Source: Hydrurus foetidus
Lineage: Eukaryota
Length of the DNA: 58,254 nucleotides
Assembly: GCA_900617105.1 (NCBI GenBank)
Contig: UYFQ01000055.1
Coordinates: 1 to 58,254 of the forward strand
Reading direction: 5' to 3'
The translations under genes and the position numbers were made by a program. Below are positions 33,096-47,825 of the stretch, in pieces; position 1 is the first letter of the stretch, and every line of letters starts with the position of its first letter. The notes beneath the pieces are model-generated. The model was not told the DNA's origin and did no database searches. It saw nothing but the letters and a program-made list of their open reading frames with translations.

Positions 33096-36000
33096 ACCGG
33101 GGTCATCATCTGATCATCACAGGAGATGCCAAGAAGATCTAACCCGATATAATCACCCATACGTGATGGGTCATAAACGCAGTCTGTGCGTCAATCCAGA
33201 CTGATACCAAGCGTCCAGCACGCAGGAAGATCATCAAAACATCAGATGACAATGACTTCAAGGAGACTCCTGGAACGTCAAGCTCAATGCATGCTCCACC
33301 AATGCTTCAAGACCCTCCTCTTGTTAATGATGATATTGTTCCAGCACTTAAGACTGCTGGTGTACCTCGTATGATTGCACCAGTCCAATATCCAGTCAAG
33401 GAGGAAGAGCAGCAGCCATTGCAACTGGAGCATCCTCCCATGTCACTCGACTCTCAGCAATCTACACAAGATATTTTGCATCCTCCAATGGCAGATCTGG
33501 CAACCCCTGAGCCATATCGAATGCGCACTCCACCAGCCAAATCACCATCAAGAGATTCAGTGTCTGCCACACGTCGTGCAAAAGCAAGAGCACTGGCTGA
33601 GAAAAAGAGTCTCAACTTACTTACAGTTACAGACAAAGACAGCAAATTCATGTCATTCAAGAAGACAAGTCACAAGACAGTCATTGATAGTGGTGCATCT
33701 ACATCTGGTACTGGATTGCGCAGCAGTCTCCGTGACCTTAGACCTACATCATGCAGTGTCTCAGCGGCTTTCGGGGAGACTGCCCAGCCTACTGAGATGG
33801 GACTACTCCCACCATTCATGCTCAAGACTATTGTCATCGATCAAATGAATGATACTACACTACTCTCAGTGTCTCAAGCGTGTGCAAAGGGATTTGTGGG
33901 CATCTTCACCTCTAAGGACTGCAAGTTCTTTAATGCGATAGATGTCATCCCACACCTTCAGACAATTTCAAAGACAGCTCACCCAGTTATGAGTGGCAAG
34001 GTAGAGGAAGGCCTCTACTTGCTGGACTCCAACTGAGTGCAACCGGCTCAACTCTTGGTCACGAGTGTAAAGGAGCTTTCGATTTACGACCACGTGCATC
34101 GCGTACTAGGACACCCTGGCGAAGAGGGTATGGCCTGGCACCGACAGCACACCATTGGAGCACACTACTCCAACTTGGATGCATCTACACCAAGGCCAAT
34201 ATGCGCAGCATGCGTACAGGGCACGATGCGACAGACCTCTACGGACCATCTTCGTATACACCGTTTGCCATCTCCTTGCTACGGCAGTCGATTCTCACTT
34301 GACGCGTATACACATACACACCGGTCACAGGCCGGTTATAAGTACTGCGATATCATCACGGACTTATCTACAAGACGAAGTTATCCATGCTTCAGGAAAG
34401 ACCGGGGAGCTGCAGAACTTGTCAAAAGCTTCTCCACCCTCTTTCAATCACATCCTGAGTGGAAGCCCTCGCTTCCAGGCGTAGACCGATTCATCAGAGC
34501 CGATGCAGAGAAATCCTATCGGTCAGCTGAATTCCTTCAATGCCTTCACAACTTCGGATATCGACTTGAGCCAACACCACCTCGCGACAAACATGCAAAT
34601 GGAATCGCAGAACGTGCAGTAGGCGTCTTATCGATGAAGTGCAACATCACCATGCAACCTTTAGGGATGACAGTACCACAGAAGTTCTGGGATCTTGCCT
34701 TTGAGTATACATGCATCACCCATGCATTCAATTACCATTCAGCAATCAAGACATCACCGTATCATCTCATCACTGGAAAGCATGTAATCCTCAAGAACCT
34801 CAAGGCCTTTTGGAGCTTATGTTGGGTTCACATCGCGCTTGAAGATAGGAAAGGAAAAATCGGTTTTCCTCGTGCATACAAAGCCAGATTCGTTGGTTAC
34901 GATTTATCGAGAACGCTCGAGCCTTGTTTTAAGGTCATCGAAATACTACCAACCGGAATCTTCGGCAAAATTAGGACAAGTAAGGACGTCATTTTCGACA
35001 AAGACAATAATTATAATTACACGGACGAGTACCCATCCGATCTTGACTTTTCTAATTTACACCAGAATATCAATAACGATATCTCTGCAGTCCTACCAGC
35101 TAACAAGGTAGTTGAAAAAGATTCTGAACAACAACTAGCAACTCCAGCTATTCCAATACACCCTGTACCTGTAATACCTTGCATTATTCAGAATCGAACT
35201 CCTGAAAATCCTATTCCAGCGAAAATACATCCAAATGTGATTAACAATAACAAAATTGTTAATAAATCTGGATCGACTAATATCAAATCAACAAAACAGA
35301 ATATACCGTTTGATCCAACACCAATTAGAGATACAAATAACAAATCCGACATCGATGATAATGACATTGGTATTAATACACCGATTCAAAACATTGAAAA
35401 TGACGATGCTGTCTACTGGTACTCTACTCATGTTAGAAATCACGAACATTTTCTCTCATTGATTGAAGCAAGTCATCACGAAAAACTCTTCATCAATTTC
35501 GATCAACTCAATGTGCCAAAATCATTCTGGAAAGCTATGGCTATACCTGAATGGAAAAACGCAATAGATACTGAATTAAAGAAATTCGAGAAGAACTCAT
35601 GTTTACATGTAGTACCATACATTGACCAACACCTGGTACCAATGATGTGGCTTTTTAGTATAAAAACCGACGGTACGAAAAAGGCCCGTTTAGTGGGACG
35701 GGGAGATATGATGATACCACTCGTGGACTTCGACCCCGACGCCGTATACTGCGGAAATGTATCATCGTGTTCCATCAAGATGGCACTAAGCATTGCAGCA
35801 GCATATGGACTAGTAATGAAAGGAGGTGACCTCATTGGTGCTTACCTCATTACAAGAGCAAATGTTAACTTCCCGGTGCACATAAAGACACCGCAGGGAT
35901 ACACTTGCCCACCCGGTTTCTGCTTTCAGGCTGTCGGCAATCTTTATGGATTCCCACCTGCAGGGCAAAACTTTTCCATAGAGTTTGATATTTGTATCTT

Positions 36001-38156
36001 CGAGTGTGGTTACAAAAACACACCCTGGGACCTCAAGTTCTTCTTTAAATGGACCACAGATGGTAGACCCATGCTTATCATCGCTCACAGTGATGACTTC
36101 AGATGGTTTGGTCCCTCGGACAAACTTGATGAATGGGATCTGATCATCGCCACCTTCAATGCACACAAGTATGAAGTCACTGATGCAACTGACAAGGAGT
36201 TCGTTGGTATTCGTATTCAGCGTGATGAAGATGGCACATATTATATGGATCAACATCGCATGATTGATTCAATAATAAAAGAGGCTAATATATCTGGTGC
36301 GAAGGACATGCACTTACCATACCCGACTGGGGACCAAGAACCTGCATTGTCAAAACTAGACAACGCTTCTACCCCTGAGGAACGTATGCAGTGTATGAAG
36401 TACCCGTACAGGAGGGTCGTGGGTCAACTAATGTACGGTATGGTACATACCATGGTCGGCATTCTGTATGCACTCAATGTACTATCCCGTTATGGTAACA
36501 ACCCAGGTCCCAGACATATCAAATTCCTCAAACACTTATTGCAGTACTGCAAGTACGCACGAAGTGATCGACTAGTGTTCCATGGACACGATGGACCCAG
36601 AGACATCGAGACTATGACAACGCTACTCAACTCCGGTTTCAATGCGATGCAGATTTGGGTGGTAATCCCGACAATAGCCACTCCCAGACTGCATACCTTG
36701 GATACCTCGGCCGTAACCTTATCTGCTGGTGTTCCACCGACCAAGGCAGCATATCAACATCAACGGCAGAGTCGGAAATCAAGGCTGTCAACCACACACT
36801 CAAAGCAGAGGTCATAGCCAACAGAGGCATCCTAAACATGATGGGATGGGTCCAAGGTCCAACCTCTATTGAAGAAGACAACCAAGCCTGTATATACCAT
36901 TCTAAGGCAGCACACATGACACGCAACCTACGGCACCTCGACCTCACCGAAAACTGGGTCAAAGAGAAGGTTGCTGATGGTACTTGCGTAGTTGTTAAAG
37001 TTAAATCGTGCGATAATAATTCAGATATTGGTACAAAAAGAGTTTCTCTACCAATATTTAATAAACTTCTAAATCAAATTATAGATCAGTCTCAGAGACG
37101 AAATCTTTAAATAGCACTATACTAATTATGTTTTAATATTGTATTTGTCTTGATCACACATATACTATGTTAATTCTAATATTATAAAGGTAGCTCATAA
37201 GTAAACATGCATTATTTTACACTACATCTTCACTACGGGGAGTGTCAGACCACTTGATTCTATCAAGATATGTCTGTAGTAATATAGTTGCAAATATAGT
37301 TTCAAATATATACATGTACGTTATGCGACACGTACGCACGTAAGTACACATGCAGATATGATAACATGCACACGTACACACGTACTTACACATGTTAGTG
37401 CATACTCATTTATGCATACATACACACATGTACTTACACTTGTACGTACATAGTCAATATGTACGTACGTACGTACGCACGCATATAGCATAGCGTACAC
37501 TTGTATGGTCACGCACACACGTATATACGTACGTGCACATGTTAGTACAAATTATTATATGCATACGTACACACACGTACTTACACATGTATGTACATAT
37601 ATAATATGTACGTATGTACGATCGCCAATAGCGTAGTACATAGATGTATAGGCGTACATACGTAAGTACCACTGTACTTACGCATGTACGTTCTTATACA
37701 TACACATGCATACGTACTCCTATAATATCGCCATATAGCAGTTAGTACTCACGCATGTACGTTCATATACATATACACGCATACGTACCCCTGTACTATC
37801 GCCATGTATCAGTTAGTACGAACCCTCTGACCTCACGCAAATGAACGTTCGCCTTTCATGATTCTTCAGTATCGCCAAAAACACTTCGTTACTATAAGCA
37901 TTCATGCAGCGTTCCTCAAGCACATGCTATGAACAACACATCTCGCTGTGAACTTTGTCTCAAGGTAGTTTCACTGTCATGAACTGTTCTGATAGCTCTT
38001 TTGCGTGGCTATCTGTAAACTCTAATCAGAATTTAATACGTTGTACTTCACAGCTTCGTCTACTCGATAGCTCACTGAATTGAGACAGTAGCCTGCAGCT
38101 GCTTCTCCACCTTCGCTGCGAACGCTAGAAGGTGACATCTTGTATTTAGTCTTACA
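33096..38156 (+). mobile_element. Copia-A copy 3 (5'-truncated; 1-bp deletion near 36626 in RNase H; 3' LTR 37243-38156)
   Basis: Near-identical to copy 2 from 15501 onward; TGA at 34034-34036 retained. Confidence 0.95.
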
Positions 38157-39276
38157 TTAGGGTAAACATTTTTACCGATGGATGTGCGGAGCAATACAAA
38201 AGTCGTCGTAATTCTTATTTCGTGGCAGCACTAGCAGAAGATACAGACATGACAGTTACACATAACTTTGCTCCTACTGCATCTTTCAAAACAATGGTAG
38301 ATGGACAGGGAAACGTCACTAAAGCTTTTTACAGAAAGTTAGAAAGGAGTGAGGAAGAAGGGACACGCTGCCCAACAACATATCAGCTGTTCTTGTTATT
38401 TGCGACGAGGTACCCTCTCACTCCTGCAGATGTTGAAGATTCGAAAAAAAATCCAATGACAATAACTGGCCGCTTCCATCGCTACCTTATCGACGTTAGG
38501 TAGCTACACCTGAAATAATACGCAGAGCAGTAGTAGAAAAAGATGTCATTATCACTGATTATATTGGAGAAAGATGGGATGCACCAGCATTAAAAGGAAT
38601 CAAGTCGCTATTCAGCTTAGTTGCACAAGTAGAAGACGGAAAAATCAATTTTCAGAGCAGGGAACATACGTGCTTTTGTAAGCACTGCATTGAAGGGAAC
38701 TTTGCAGGCTGCCTCCACGCGGACATATCTGGAGCATTAAAGACAGAATTGTTCATAAAGTTGCCATTCAAGGAGGTTTCTTTGAAGAAGAGCTGTGTAA
38801 ATGAGGACATACTGAGGATTAATTTCTTTAAGGGTGCAATGCCATTAAACGGTGCAACGCCAATTATGATAGCAATTAGGAGAGAAAGACTCGATGTAAA
38901 TGACGAGCCGTTTGTACTAGGCATCATGACTAAAAATATAAAAGAGACAACGAAAGATACTGAGTGTGAGTACACAATATCAGGTACAAAAAGCAAAATT
39001 GTCATAAAAAAAGGGAAATGGTGCGTAACAATAAAAATGTTGTTCTGTAAAAACGTTATTGAAAATACATATTTCATTCCAAATAAAGAAAAAAAATTGA
39101 AAATTCCAATTTCTGATGTATATAATCCCGGTGAAGTAGCGGACTTATCACGAGAAAACTACTTAATATGTACAGTTCAAAGTGAAGTACAGGACAACAA
39201 TCGAGTCAACAATGTGTATATTATAGATAGCGATAGCATCGAAACACTAAGAAATTCTATGACAAATGAAATATGA
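38157..39276 (+). pseudogene. C-terminal part of a DDD/E transposase, Sola-like
   Basis: IFTDGCAEQYKS…NFAPTASFKTMVDGQG, followed by REHTCFCKHC…C; stops and frameshift present. Confidence 0.55.
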
Positions 39277-40401
39277 AGGCTTAGATATAAATAACATTTT
39301 GTAAATGCAATTGTCTTCACTTATGCACTTGGAATCTTACTCACTTTGTTCTACTCAAGTTCCTCGATTTCGTATACGCTTCTATAAATAATGGTTATCG
39401 ATTACGTTATCGAATCCAGTAGAGATGATGGTAGTATAAGATCGGTCGGGAGGACATCGAGTCCAGGTACTGCAGTAATACTAAGTTTGCTTAATTAATA
39501 CCCTCAAGATCCAATTTCAAATCCAACGTAATCTTAGTACGGTAAAATGTACCACTCAAACGCTATTCAATCTACATCCAAATGAGATTATACATCGCTG
39601 TTCAAGCACCAATCTATCCCCTACGGCTTGGTCAATGTCTTCGCTCTACGAAAAGGTACAGAAAAGAAAGTATTGAGTATGTGACATGATTGCATGATTT
39701 GGACACGATATTAGGAGCAGAACATGAAATGCTATCGTAAAAATATCTTTACGTAAAAGCAGAACATGATATGCTATCAGCAAGTTAGACAAGAGTGGCA
39801 GCAAAAATGCTTTGGTGATACAAACCTAATCAAGAGCACCGAATAGGTCAGCAGGTAAAGCTAATAAGTAAGCAAGAAAGTAAAGGACTTGACATAGGCG
39901 GTCATTTCTAAATCATCTAATTGCTCTGACAGCAAATCTCGTGTTCTTCTGAACAGATCATTGCCTCCTCTCTCGAGTTGACAGTAGAAATCTGAGGATG
40001 AAATATATGTGGGTCGGCGGGATCAAATTTTTGGTTTTGGGTTTTCGCAAGTATACAAGTTGTCATATTATAAAAGTTTCTAGACAGTTCATGGAGCAAG
40101 AATCAATGCTTTAATCACCGCCAACTTCTCTGGTTGTGGAGAAATGGCCACCGATGATGAAATATTTTTAGGGATGTAAGATTTCAGACTCAGCTAGCGA
40201 GTTGCGGAAGAGATTTGATGATGCGAAAACGTCACCAGTAAACTCACCATGGCCGAATTGGTCGAGTGGACAACACCTTGTGTCGGATTCCATTTTGTGT
40301 AATTGTGCTGAAAGTCGATTGATTCGAGCTATCGATGTTGAGTTCTATTTGGCGGGATCAAATATTCCAAAATTGGTAGCACGATCGTGCAACCGGTGCG
40401 G

Positions 40402-41621
40402 GCTCATTCCAGGGATCATCGAGCGGTTACTGGGTACAGCGAGATATTTCTAGATCTTGAGAGCTTGTGGCCGATGGCCTCGCCGGCTTCTACTTTATGC
40501 CATCGGCCGGTTGTCCGACCAATATGTTCGCAGGACAATAATCGTTAGTGGTACATCACAATATATACAATATATTGCAATCATGAAACTTCATCGACCC
40601 CACTTCATACCCATGATCATGATACATATACATAGTAGTTTCATATCATATTTGATAGTAGTTAAACATTTTGCTATATTTTAATGGTGTTTTAGTGGAA
40701 TACTGCGGTACTTTACTGCAGTTCTTTTGAATCAGTAATATCATTTCGCACTCATCGAATCATTCCATGGCACATCATTCATGCGATAGATCACATAAAA
40801 TGGAGACAAATACAGCTATTAGTTGTAGTAATACGATTATTATTGTATGTTTTACACTTATTTCCATTAACTCTTACCTGCACACATATACTCACTGTAT
40901 CATGACTTTATGAAGTTAATAACTTTTGTAATACATCGAGTTCATCGACCCCACTTCATACCCATGATCATGATACATATACATAGTAGTTTCATATCAT
41001 GTTTGATAGTAGTTAAACATTTGGCTATATTTTAGTTATGCGTATGTGCTTTAGTATGTACACAGTACTTTTATTTGAATTACTACATTGTTGGTTTGAG
41101 TAGATGCAACTCCAGATCATTTATCGTACTTGACTGCTTTTATTTAACTCTCCATACTGTTAACATCATCATTGATGAAATATATGAATATTGTGCGTGA
41201 TAAATTATTTATACAACTTTGGAGGTACCCAGTACAGCTATTTAAGTCAGTACAGTGCTGATAATATTACTAAATGCTTCTCCTGATCATTTTTGTAATA
41301 CTTAAATGCTTTTATTCTACCCTCACTAAGTATGCTAACATCAGCATCTATGTAACATAATATGAGTATTATGCGAGCTTAATTATTTATACGACCTTGG
41401 AGGTACCCAGTACAGGTAATCAAGGCAATGATCACAATACTCTCAATTTCTGATCATGTTCTGTAGCTCTGAATAACACGAATTTCGCATAATAAATCAC
41501 TCAATTCGTCTAATCTTGACGAGAACTTTTCAAAAATCTACGAAAAAATATCTCTGGGTATCCAGGGACAATCTTGCTCATTCCAGGGATCATCGCGCGG
41601 TAACCGGGTACAGCAAGATAT
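40402..41621. repeat. Dispersed direct repeats, probably DNA-transposon subterminal region
   Basis: 94 bp at 40590-40683/40941-41034; 46 bp at 40402-40447/41576-41621; TTGGAGGTACCCAGTACAG at ~41219 and ~41397. Confidence 0.75.
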
Positions 41622-42035
41622 CCCAGTCAAAAATTTAGCGGGAAGAACCAAAAATATCTAAATTTGTCATTTTTAAAACTTTGATTCCGAAGCCAATATG
41701 TCGATTCAAAACGTAAAAATAATCTAGGGTAATTAGTCTCGTCTAGATAAACAAAATAAGATCATCTCCGGCAAAACAGGTTTTATCTTGTACCCGGGTA
41801 CTGCGAGATGGCTTCATATATTAGAGTTGTGGAGCAACCTGGAATTCCGAATCCAGGTTTTGAAAAATTCCGGATTATTTTTCATGATCGGATCCGTGGT
41901 GGAGCACGCCAATTCTGGAGCGACGATGAGTATCCTCGAAATCGGGCGTTTCGAATTATTGTGACAAGGTGCTGTCACCGACAAACATTTCGATTTTTCA
42001 AACATCGCATTTGAAACCACTTTTCAAATGTATGC

Positions 42036-44240
42036 TGTGACGGACTAAACTACGTTGAGGCTAATAAAACGACGTGGGGAGGCGGTCCACGTTTCGAACG
42101 CCGCGTGGCGCTGTCCCGTTGTATTCCCCCCCTATTGTGACCCGCACACCCGTACGGGCTGTACGGGTACAGGCGTACGTTCGGACCGGATCGAGGACGA
42201 TCCGATCCATCCGATTCATTGCCATGATACCTGCTGTGTTTACCTGTAAGCTAACCACATTGTTTCCATAGCAATAGCTCTCCCAGCTTCTTTTCCCTCG
42301 CTCCCGCTCCCAGCTGACCCGCTCCCAGTGCCCAGATCCTGGCAAGGCCACAATACCGGTATTTGGAACCAGCTAGTGATCTCTCAGATCCAAGTTGACC
42401 AAACGTCCCAACAAAAAAATCACGCAACGACCGTAAAACAGTCTGAGCAACAAGTTGAGTAACTCTTCAGGAGTGAAAACCACCCAAAACGATATTACAA
42501 AGGTCTCGTCAACGCGACAGCCTCTGAATCGTAGTCGTTCGCGACCTCAAATATTGGCGATTTATTCCCAAAATATCGTGAAGCTCTTCTACGCGAAGGC
42601 TTACGAAGGAAAGGAACTTGCAAGCAAGTAACACCTCCCAAACTCGTTCACGAACGAAATCCAACGCGCCCACGCCCAGCTTCGTTCCTTACGAAGCCGC
42701 CGCCCACGTCCAAATTTTGTTGCGATTTCCTCCCGAAATCGCACCAAACCATTCCAATCCCCCTGTCTCCTACTACCACATCCTTAACCTACGATTCCTC
42801 ACCCTCGAACAACCTACTCCTCTTTTCCCTGAATCACCGCGTCCGCGTTCCGTCGCTGTCCAAGACGCAGAGTTCCAGTGAGATTTCCCACGCCAAGTTT
42901 TCAAGATGGTTAAGGCCCAAAAACCAAAGAAAGAGAGCTCTAGCGAAGCTAGCTCGTCTTCCAAACGCTCCAAACCCCAAAATATCCTCTTCCTATCGGA
43001 TAAAGAGATGGCTAAACTCGAGCGTCTCGCTCGGGAAGACAATATAGCCAACTCCATGAAGTCGCTGGGCAAATCGGCTATCAAAGCCTCGAGCACCCAT
43101 ACGCGCATATCCGACGAATTGGCGGCAAACGAAGCACGCTTCCTGGAGCTACGACAAGAACGTGAACGCAATCGCGTGCGACTTGAAGTGCTGCAGGAAC
43201 AGGCTGACAACAGATCTGATCTCGAAGATCAAGAACTAAAAGACTTGTCAACCTGGATGCAAGAGACAAATGACTTACAAAGTCAAAACCCTCAGTCAGA
43301 TGAGGAAGGCTCTCCAGTCAGACCCCAAACCGAAGAAGAAGAGGATATCAATCCTTCTCAAACGGAAGAGGGCGACGACACAATCGGTACCAAAATATCT
43401 CCGAAGGAAATTCTCTCCGACGATGATAACGTCTCGGTGTCTGACAATGCCTCGGAAGAGGCGGAAGACGAACAAACCAACGACGAGGACGAAGAGGAAG
43501 ACAACAACCCCGACGATACCAAGTCCAAATCGGACGAGGAAGATCAAAGTGAGTCGGAAGCGTCAACCCCACCGTCACCAAAACCGAAAAAGAAAAAGGC
43601 GATGCCAATCAAACCCCTTGCCAAAACAAGGGAGACAAAACCCCTCTCTGCCGTCCAAGCTGAAGACAAACCCACGCGTGCCACCAGATCCAAAACGTCC
43701 AAAGCAACGGTAGCAGCTGCAAAGAAATCAGCGACAGCTTCCACGAAAGCGGCTGCCACTTCTAACCGCAAACGCAAAACCGAAGAGACTGACACAGTCT
43801 TCGAACAACAACGAACACCCCAAGCACTCACAACCTCCCTCATCAACATGAAGGAAGTGTTCTATGTAACACGTGAGACATTACTGAAGGACATGGACGG
43901 CACAGCCCGAAAGTTCTATACACAGGCGCACCGCCCTCAGTTTAATGCACCTTGGAAGGATCTCATCGAAGACGAAGCTGTTCATGTGATCCGAGACAGT
44001 CTCCTTCAAAATCGAAAGACTCTCGGATACACAATCAAAATGTGTCAAACCTGGCCCATCATCGACGACAAACTCCTGTCCATTCGCGACATGGCCACCG
44101 ATCTCAAGAAACTCTTCTTCAGTGATCGCGCCACAGAGTCTACCTATGACTTGGACCTCGCCCTAAAAAACTGGCAAATGAAGATCAAATGGCAAAACCC
44201 AAACGTAGAGTTGGCGGCGATTGCACGACTCCGAGACATC
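42036..44240 (+). mobile_element. 5' part of a Gypsy-like element: putative LTR 42036-42352, leader, gag-like ORF from 42906 cut by Copia-C
   Basis: TGTG…AAGGCCACA ends resemble the other Gypsy LTRs here; acidic/basic low-complexity ORF with a gag-like C-terminal part. Confidence 0.5.
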
Positions 44241-44955
44241 TGTGAGTCAGACTGTGGAGTGAAGCGAGCTACCTGTTGGCTGCGGAAGCGCAAAGGAAAG
44301 ACTGGCTGATGGAAGTGGTCTCGGAAGACGTGTTTACTTACAACGATCAAGTAGTAAAACAACTGGCGATGATATCAGAGAAGACAACCATCAAAGAAGC
44401 AGAGCAAAGCATCCATTGTGCATGAAATGGTGATCGCCGAAGTGGAAACATATTCAGCGAATATTCAAGTTGGCGATTGAGCAATGGGCGGAACCCTCGC
44501 TGCTCATGAAATCGGATGCTTGGTGGAAACCGGATACCTGGTGGAAATCCGGATGCTTGGTGGTGAAAAACCGGATGCTTGGTGATGGCCCCGAAGGGGG
44601 ATATCGCTAGAAGAACGATGAGCGTATGTACACAACAGTGTATGGCGGTGTTTTGGGTGAGGAAGCGCTACACTACTTGTGACATGTGAATGCTAATCTA
44701 CAGATGAAACTATGCTAACAGATCATGCATGAATATGCTGGACTGACACTCCCCGTAGTGAAGATGTAGCTGAACGTGTTATTGAGAGTATCGAAATGAA
44801 TGATATGTGTATATATACTCCCCGTACTGAGGATGTACTCCCCGTACGAGAGATTTGGCAAAAAGTGTAAAAAGTTAGTTATAATATATGCGTGCACTCA
44901 TATAAGATAGTAAAATTAGTACGTATGTTAGAAATATGGATATTAAGTATTTATG

Positions 44956-47825
44956 TTATTTAATATTAGTTCGTAAAGACTTGTCAACGAGCCTGTGCGT
45001 TAGGTATTCGAAAAGTGGTAGTGGAACTCTTTTCGTACCTATGTCTGAGTTGTTTTCGCCCGAAGGGATTTTAACAATGACACAGGTACCATCGGCGACT
45101 TTGTCCTTAAAGTAGTTTTCGCTCAGGTCAATGTGACGAAGGTTCTTGGTCATGTGTGTATGATTTGAAGCATCAACACAAGCAGAATTGTCTTCTTCGA
45201 TGACTGTAGGAGCTTGTGTCCATCCCATGTGGTTTAGTATGCCCCGGAGGGGAATGACATCGGATTTTAGTGCGTGATTAACTGCCTTGATTTCGGATTC
45301 TGCAGTTGATGATGAGATGCTGCCTTGGTCGGTACTCTTCCAGCAGATGACATTGTCGGCGAGGTAGCCAATGTAGGAGGTCTGGGAGTGACGGTTGTCT
45401 TTGTTACCGGCGAGGTCGGCGTCGCATTGGAACTTCAACTGCAGTAGACTGGTCATCGTAGCGATGTCGGTGGGACCGTCGTGTGTGGTGAATTTCAGTC
45501 TATCCATCTTGGCGTACTTGACATATCGAAGTAAGTGCTTAAGGAACTTGATGTGTCGTGCACCTGGACTGTTACTATATCTGGATAGTATGTTGAGAGC
45601 GTACATGATTGTAATCAATGTGTGTACCATTCCGTACATAAGTTGACCAACTACCCGTCGGTAGGGATACTTATTATACATGTGCCTATCGAGATCGGTA
45701 GAGTTGTCCGCCTTGGACAGACTCTCACCAGAAGGTGGATATGGTAGATGCTCATCGGCGGCGCCAGCAAGGTTGGCCTCCGATACGATGGATGTGATCA
45801 TGCGTGACTGATCCATGTAGTAGTTGAAGTTTTCATCGCATGTAATGCGGATGCCGACGAACTCTTTGGAGGTCGCGTCGGTGACTTCATACTTGTGGGA
45901 GTTGAATGTAGCGATGAGGAGATCCCATTCGCTAATGAGTGCAAGTGGTCCGAACCATCTGAAGTCGTCTGAGTGTGCTATCAGTATCAGGGGTTGACCT
46001 TGGACCCACTTAAAGAAGAACTTTAAGTCCCACGGTGTGTTTTCGTATCCACATTCGCGTACACATTTGTCGAATTCCTTTGAGAAATTCTGGCCTGCTG
46101 GTGGAAAACCGTAGAGGTTGCCAATGGCTTGAAAGCATGTGCCAAAAGGTGTGGTGTAACCTTGAGGTGTCTTGATGTGAACGGGAAAGTCGGGGTTAGC
46201 GAGTGTGATTAAGTAGGCGCCTACTAAATCTCCTCCCCGCATGGATAATTTGTAGGTTGCGGCTATGACGAGTGCAATCTTGATCGATGACGCATTGACA
46301 TTACCGCAGTATACTGCGTAGGGGTCGAAGTCGACCCAGGGTATCATGAGATCACCACGACCTACGAGGCGGGCCTTCTTGGTGCCGTCAGTCTTGATAC
46401 TGAAGAGCCACATCATTGGTACGAGGTGCTGGCCGGTGAAGGGGACAGACCGGAAGCAGTTGTTGACTTCAAACTTAGTGCGCTCAGTGTTGATGGCCTG
46501 TTCCCACTCTGGGTACTGCATTGCGGTCCAGAAGTCTTTGGGGATGTAGGGATCCTTGATTTGGACTGCTATGTTGTAGTGCAGGACACGGAAGAGGTGA
46601 ACAGGGAAGCATGTGGAAGAACTGGTGTAGGTGGACCAGTATATCATGTCATCGTTGACTGAGTGCTCTGTCTCAGGACAGGGGTTATATAGTCGGGGTC
46701 GATAAGGGGTGCAGGTGAGGGGAGGCCGGGTAGGTCGACTCGCTCAGGCACCACAATAGGGTCATTATCATTATCAGTATAGTAGAGGGACGGGATGAGG
46801 GCGAAGGCCTCGTCGGTAGGGAAGTGTGCATCTGAGTCATGCTTGAAGTTGTTGTGCATGTCGAAGATGACATCCTTACTGACTCGAACAGTACCGTAGG
46901 TGTTCTTGGGTAGTATTTCTAATACTAAATATTGTGGTACTAGTATAGATGTAAAACTATAACCAACGAACCGAGCACGGTAGGCACGAGGTGACCCAAC
47001 TTTACTTTTCTGATCTTTGGGTGCGTGCTTGACATAGCAGGGTGCCCAGAATGGTCGAAGCATCCTGATGTCCACGTGTTGCCCAGAAGTGAAGTGATAC
47101 GGAGAAGTACCAATACGCTTGTTAAGGTTAAAGGAATGAGTAACACATGCATAGGACATTGCAAGGTCCCAGAACTTCATTGGCACATGCGGAACAGGGG
47201 TTATCATGGCAACGTTGGTCTTGAGAGCTACAATGCCGACTGCTCGCTCAGCGATGCCGTTGGCATGTTTGTCACGAGGTGCAGTGTGCTCAAGTCGGTA
47301 TCGGTATCGGGCGCAAAGCGCAGTAAATTCTTCAGATCGGTAGTTGGCCTCTGGGTCATGCCGGATGAAGCGATCAACCCCAGGGGTATTGTGGTTCCAT
47401 TGGGGGGTTAGGTCGAAGAAGGCTGCAATGCGGGCACAGAGTTCAGAGGCGGACCGGTCTTTTGTATATACAGGATAGTATTGTCCCGACGCGAGGTCGG
47501 TGAGGATGTGAGTGTAACGGTAGTTACGGAATGATGGAGTCGAGTGGGTATAGGCATCCAAGGAGAACTGCTGGCCGACGAGGGTAGTTGTGTCTCTGTG
47601 AATGCGACGATAGTCTGTGGATGCTTGACGCATTGCGCCATGGGCGCATCCAGGACAGACCGGACGGGAGGTGTGTGCATCTTTGGTGGTGAAGCGAGCA
47701 TTGAGGGAATGATCGCGGTGCCATGCCATGCCTGGAAGACCGGGGTGGCCTGTGGCTTGATGCACGTGGTCGTACAGTGAAGCGGGAGTATAGTGTGTGA
47801 CCAAAAGACTCTCCCGAGTGGTTGG
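44956..47825 (-). pseudogene. pol: Copia-C IN-RT-RH (frameshift near 46647)
   Basis: YDHVHQATGH…CPGC, AERAV, KKARLVGRG, HSDD, CDADL; clearly homologous to Copia-A pol. Confidence 0.92.

Noticed and set aside
44510..44586. Short repeats as a CRISPR array
   Set aside because: Tandem units without unique spacers, inside a eukaryotic LTR, no cas genes
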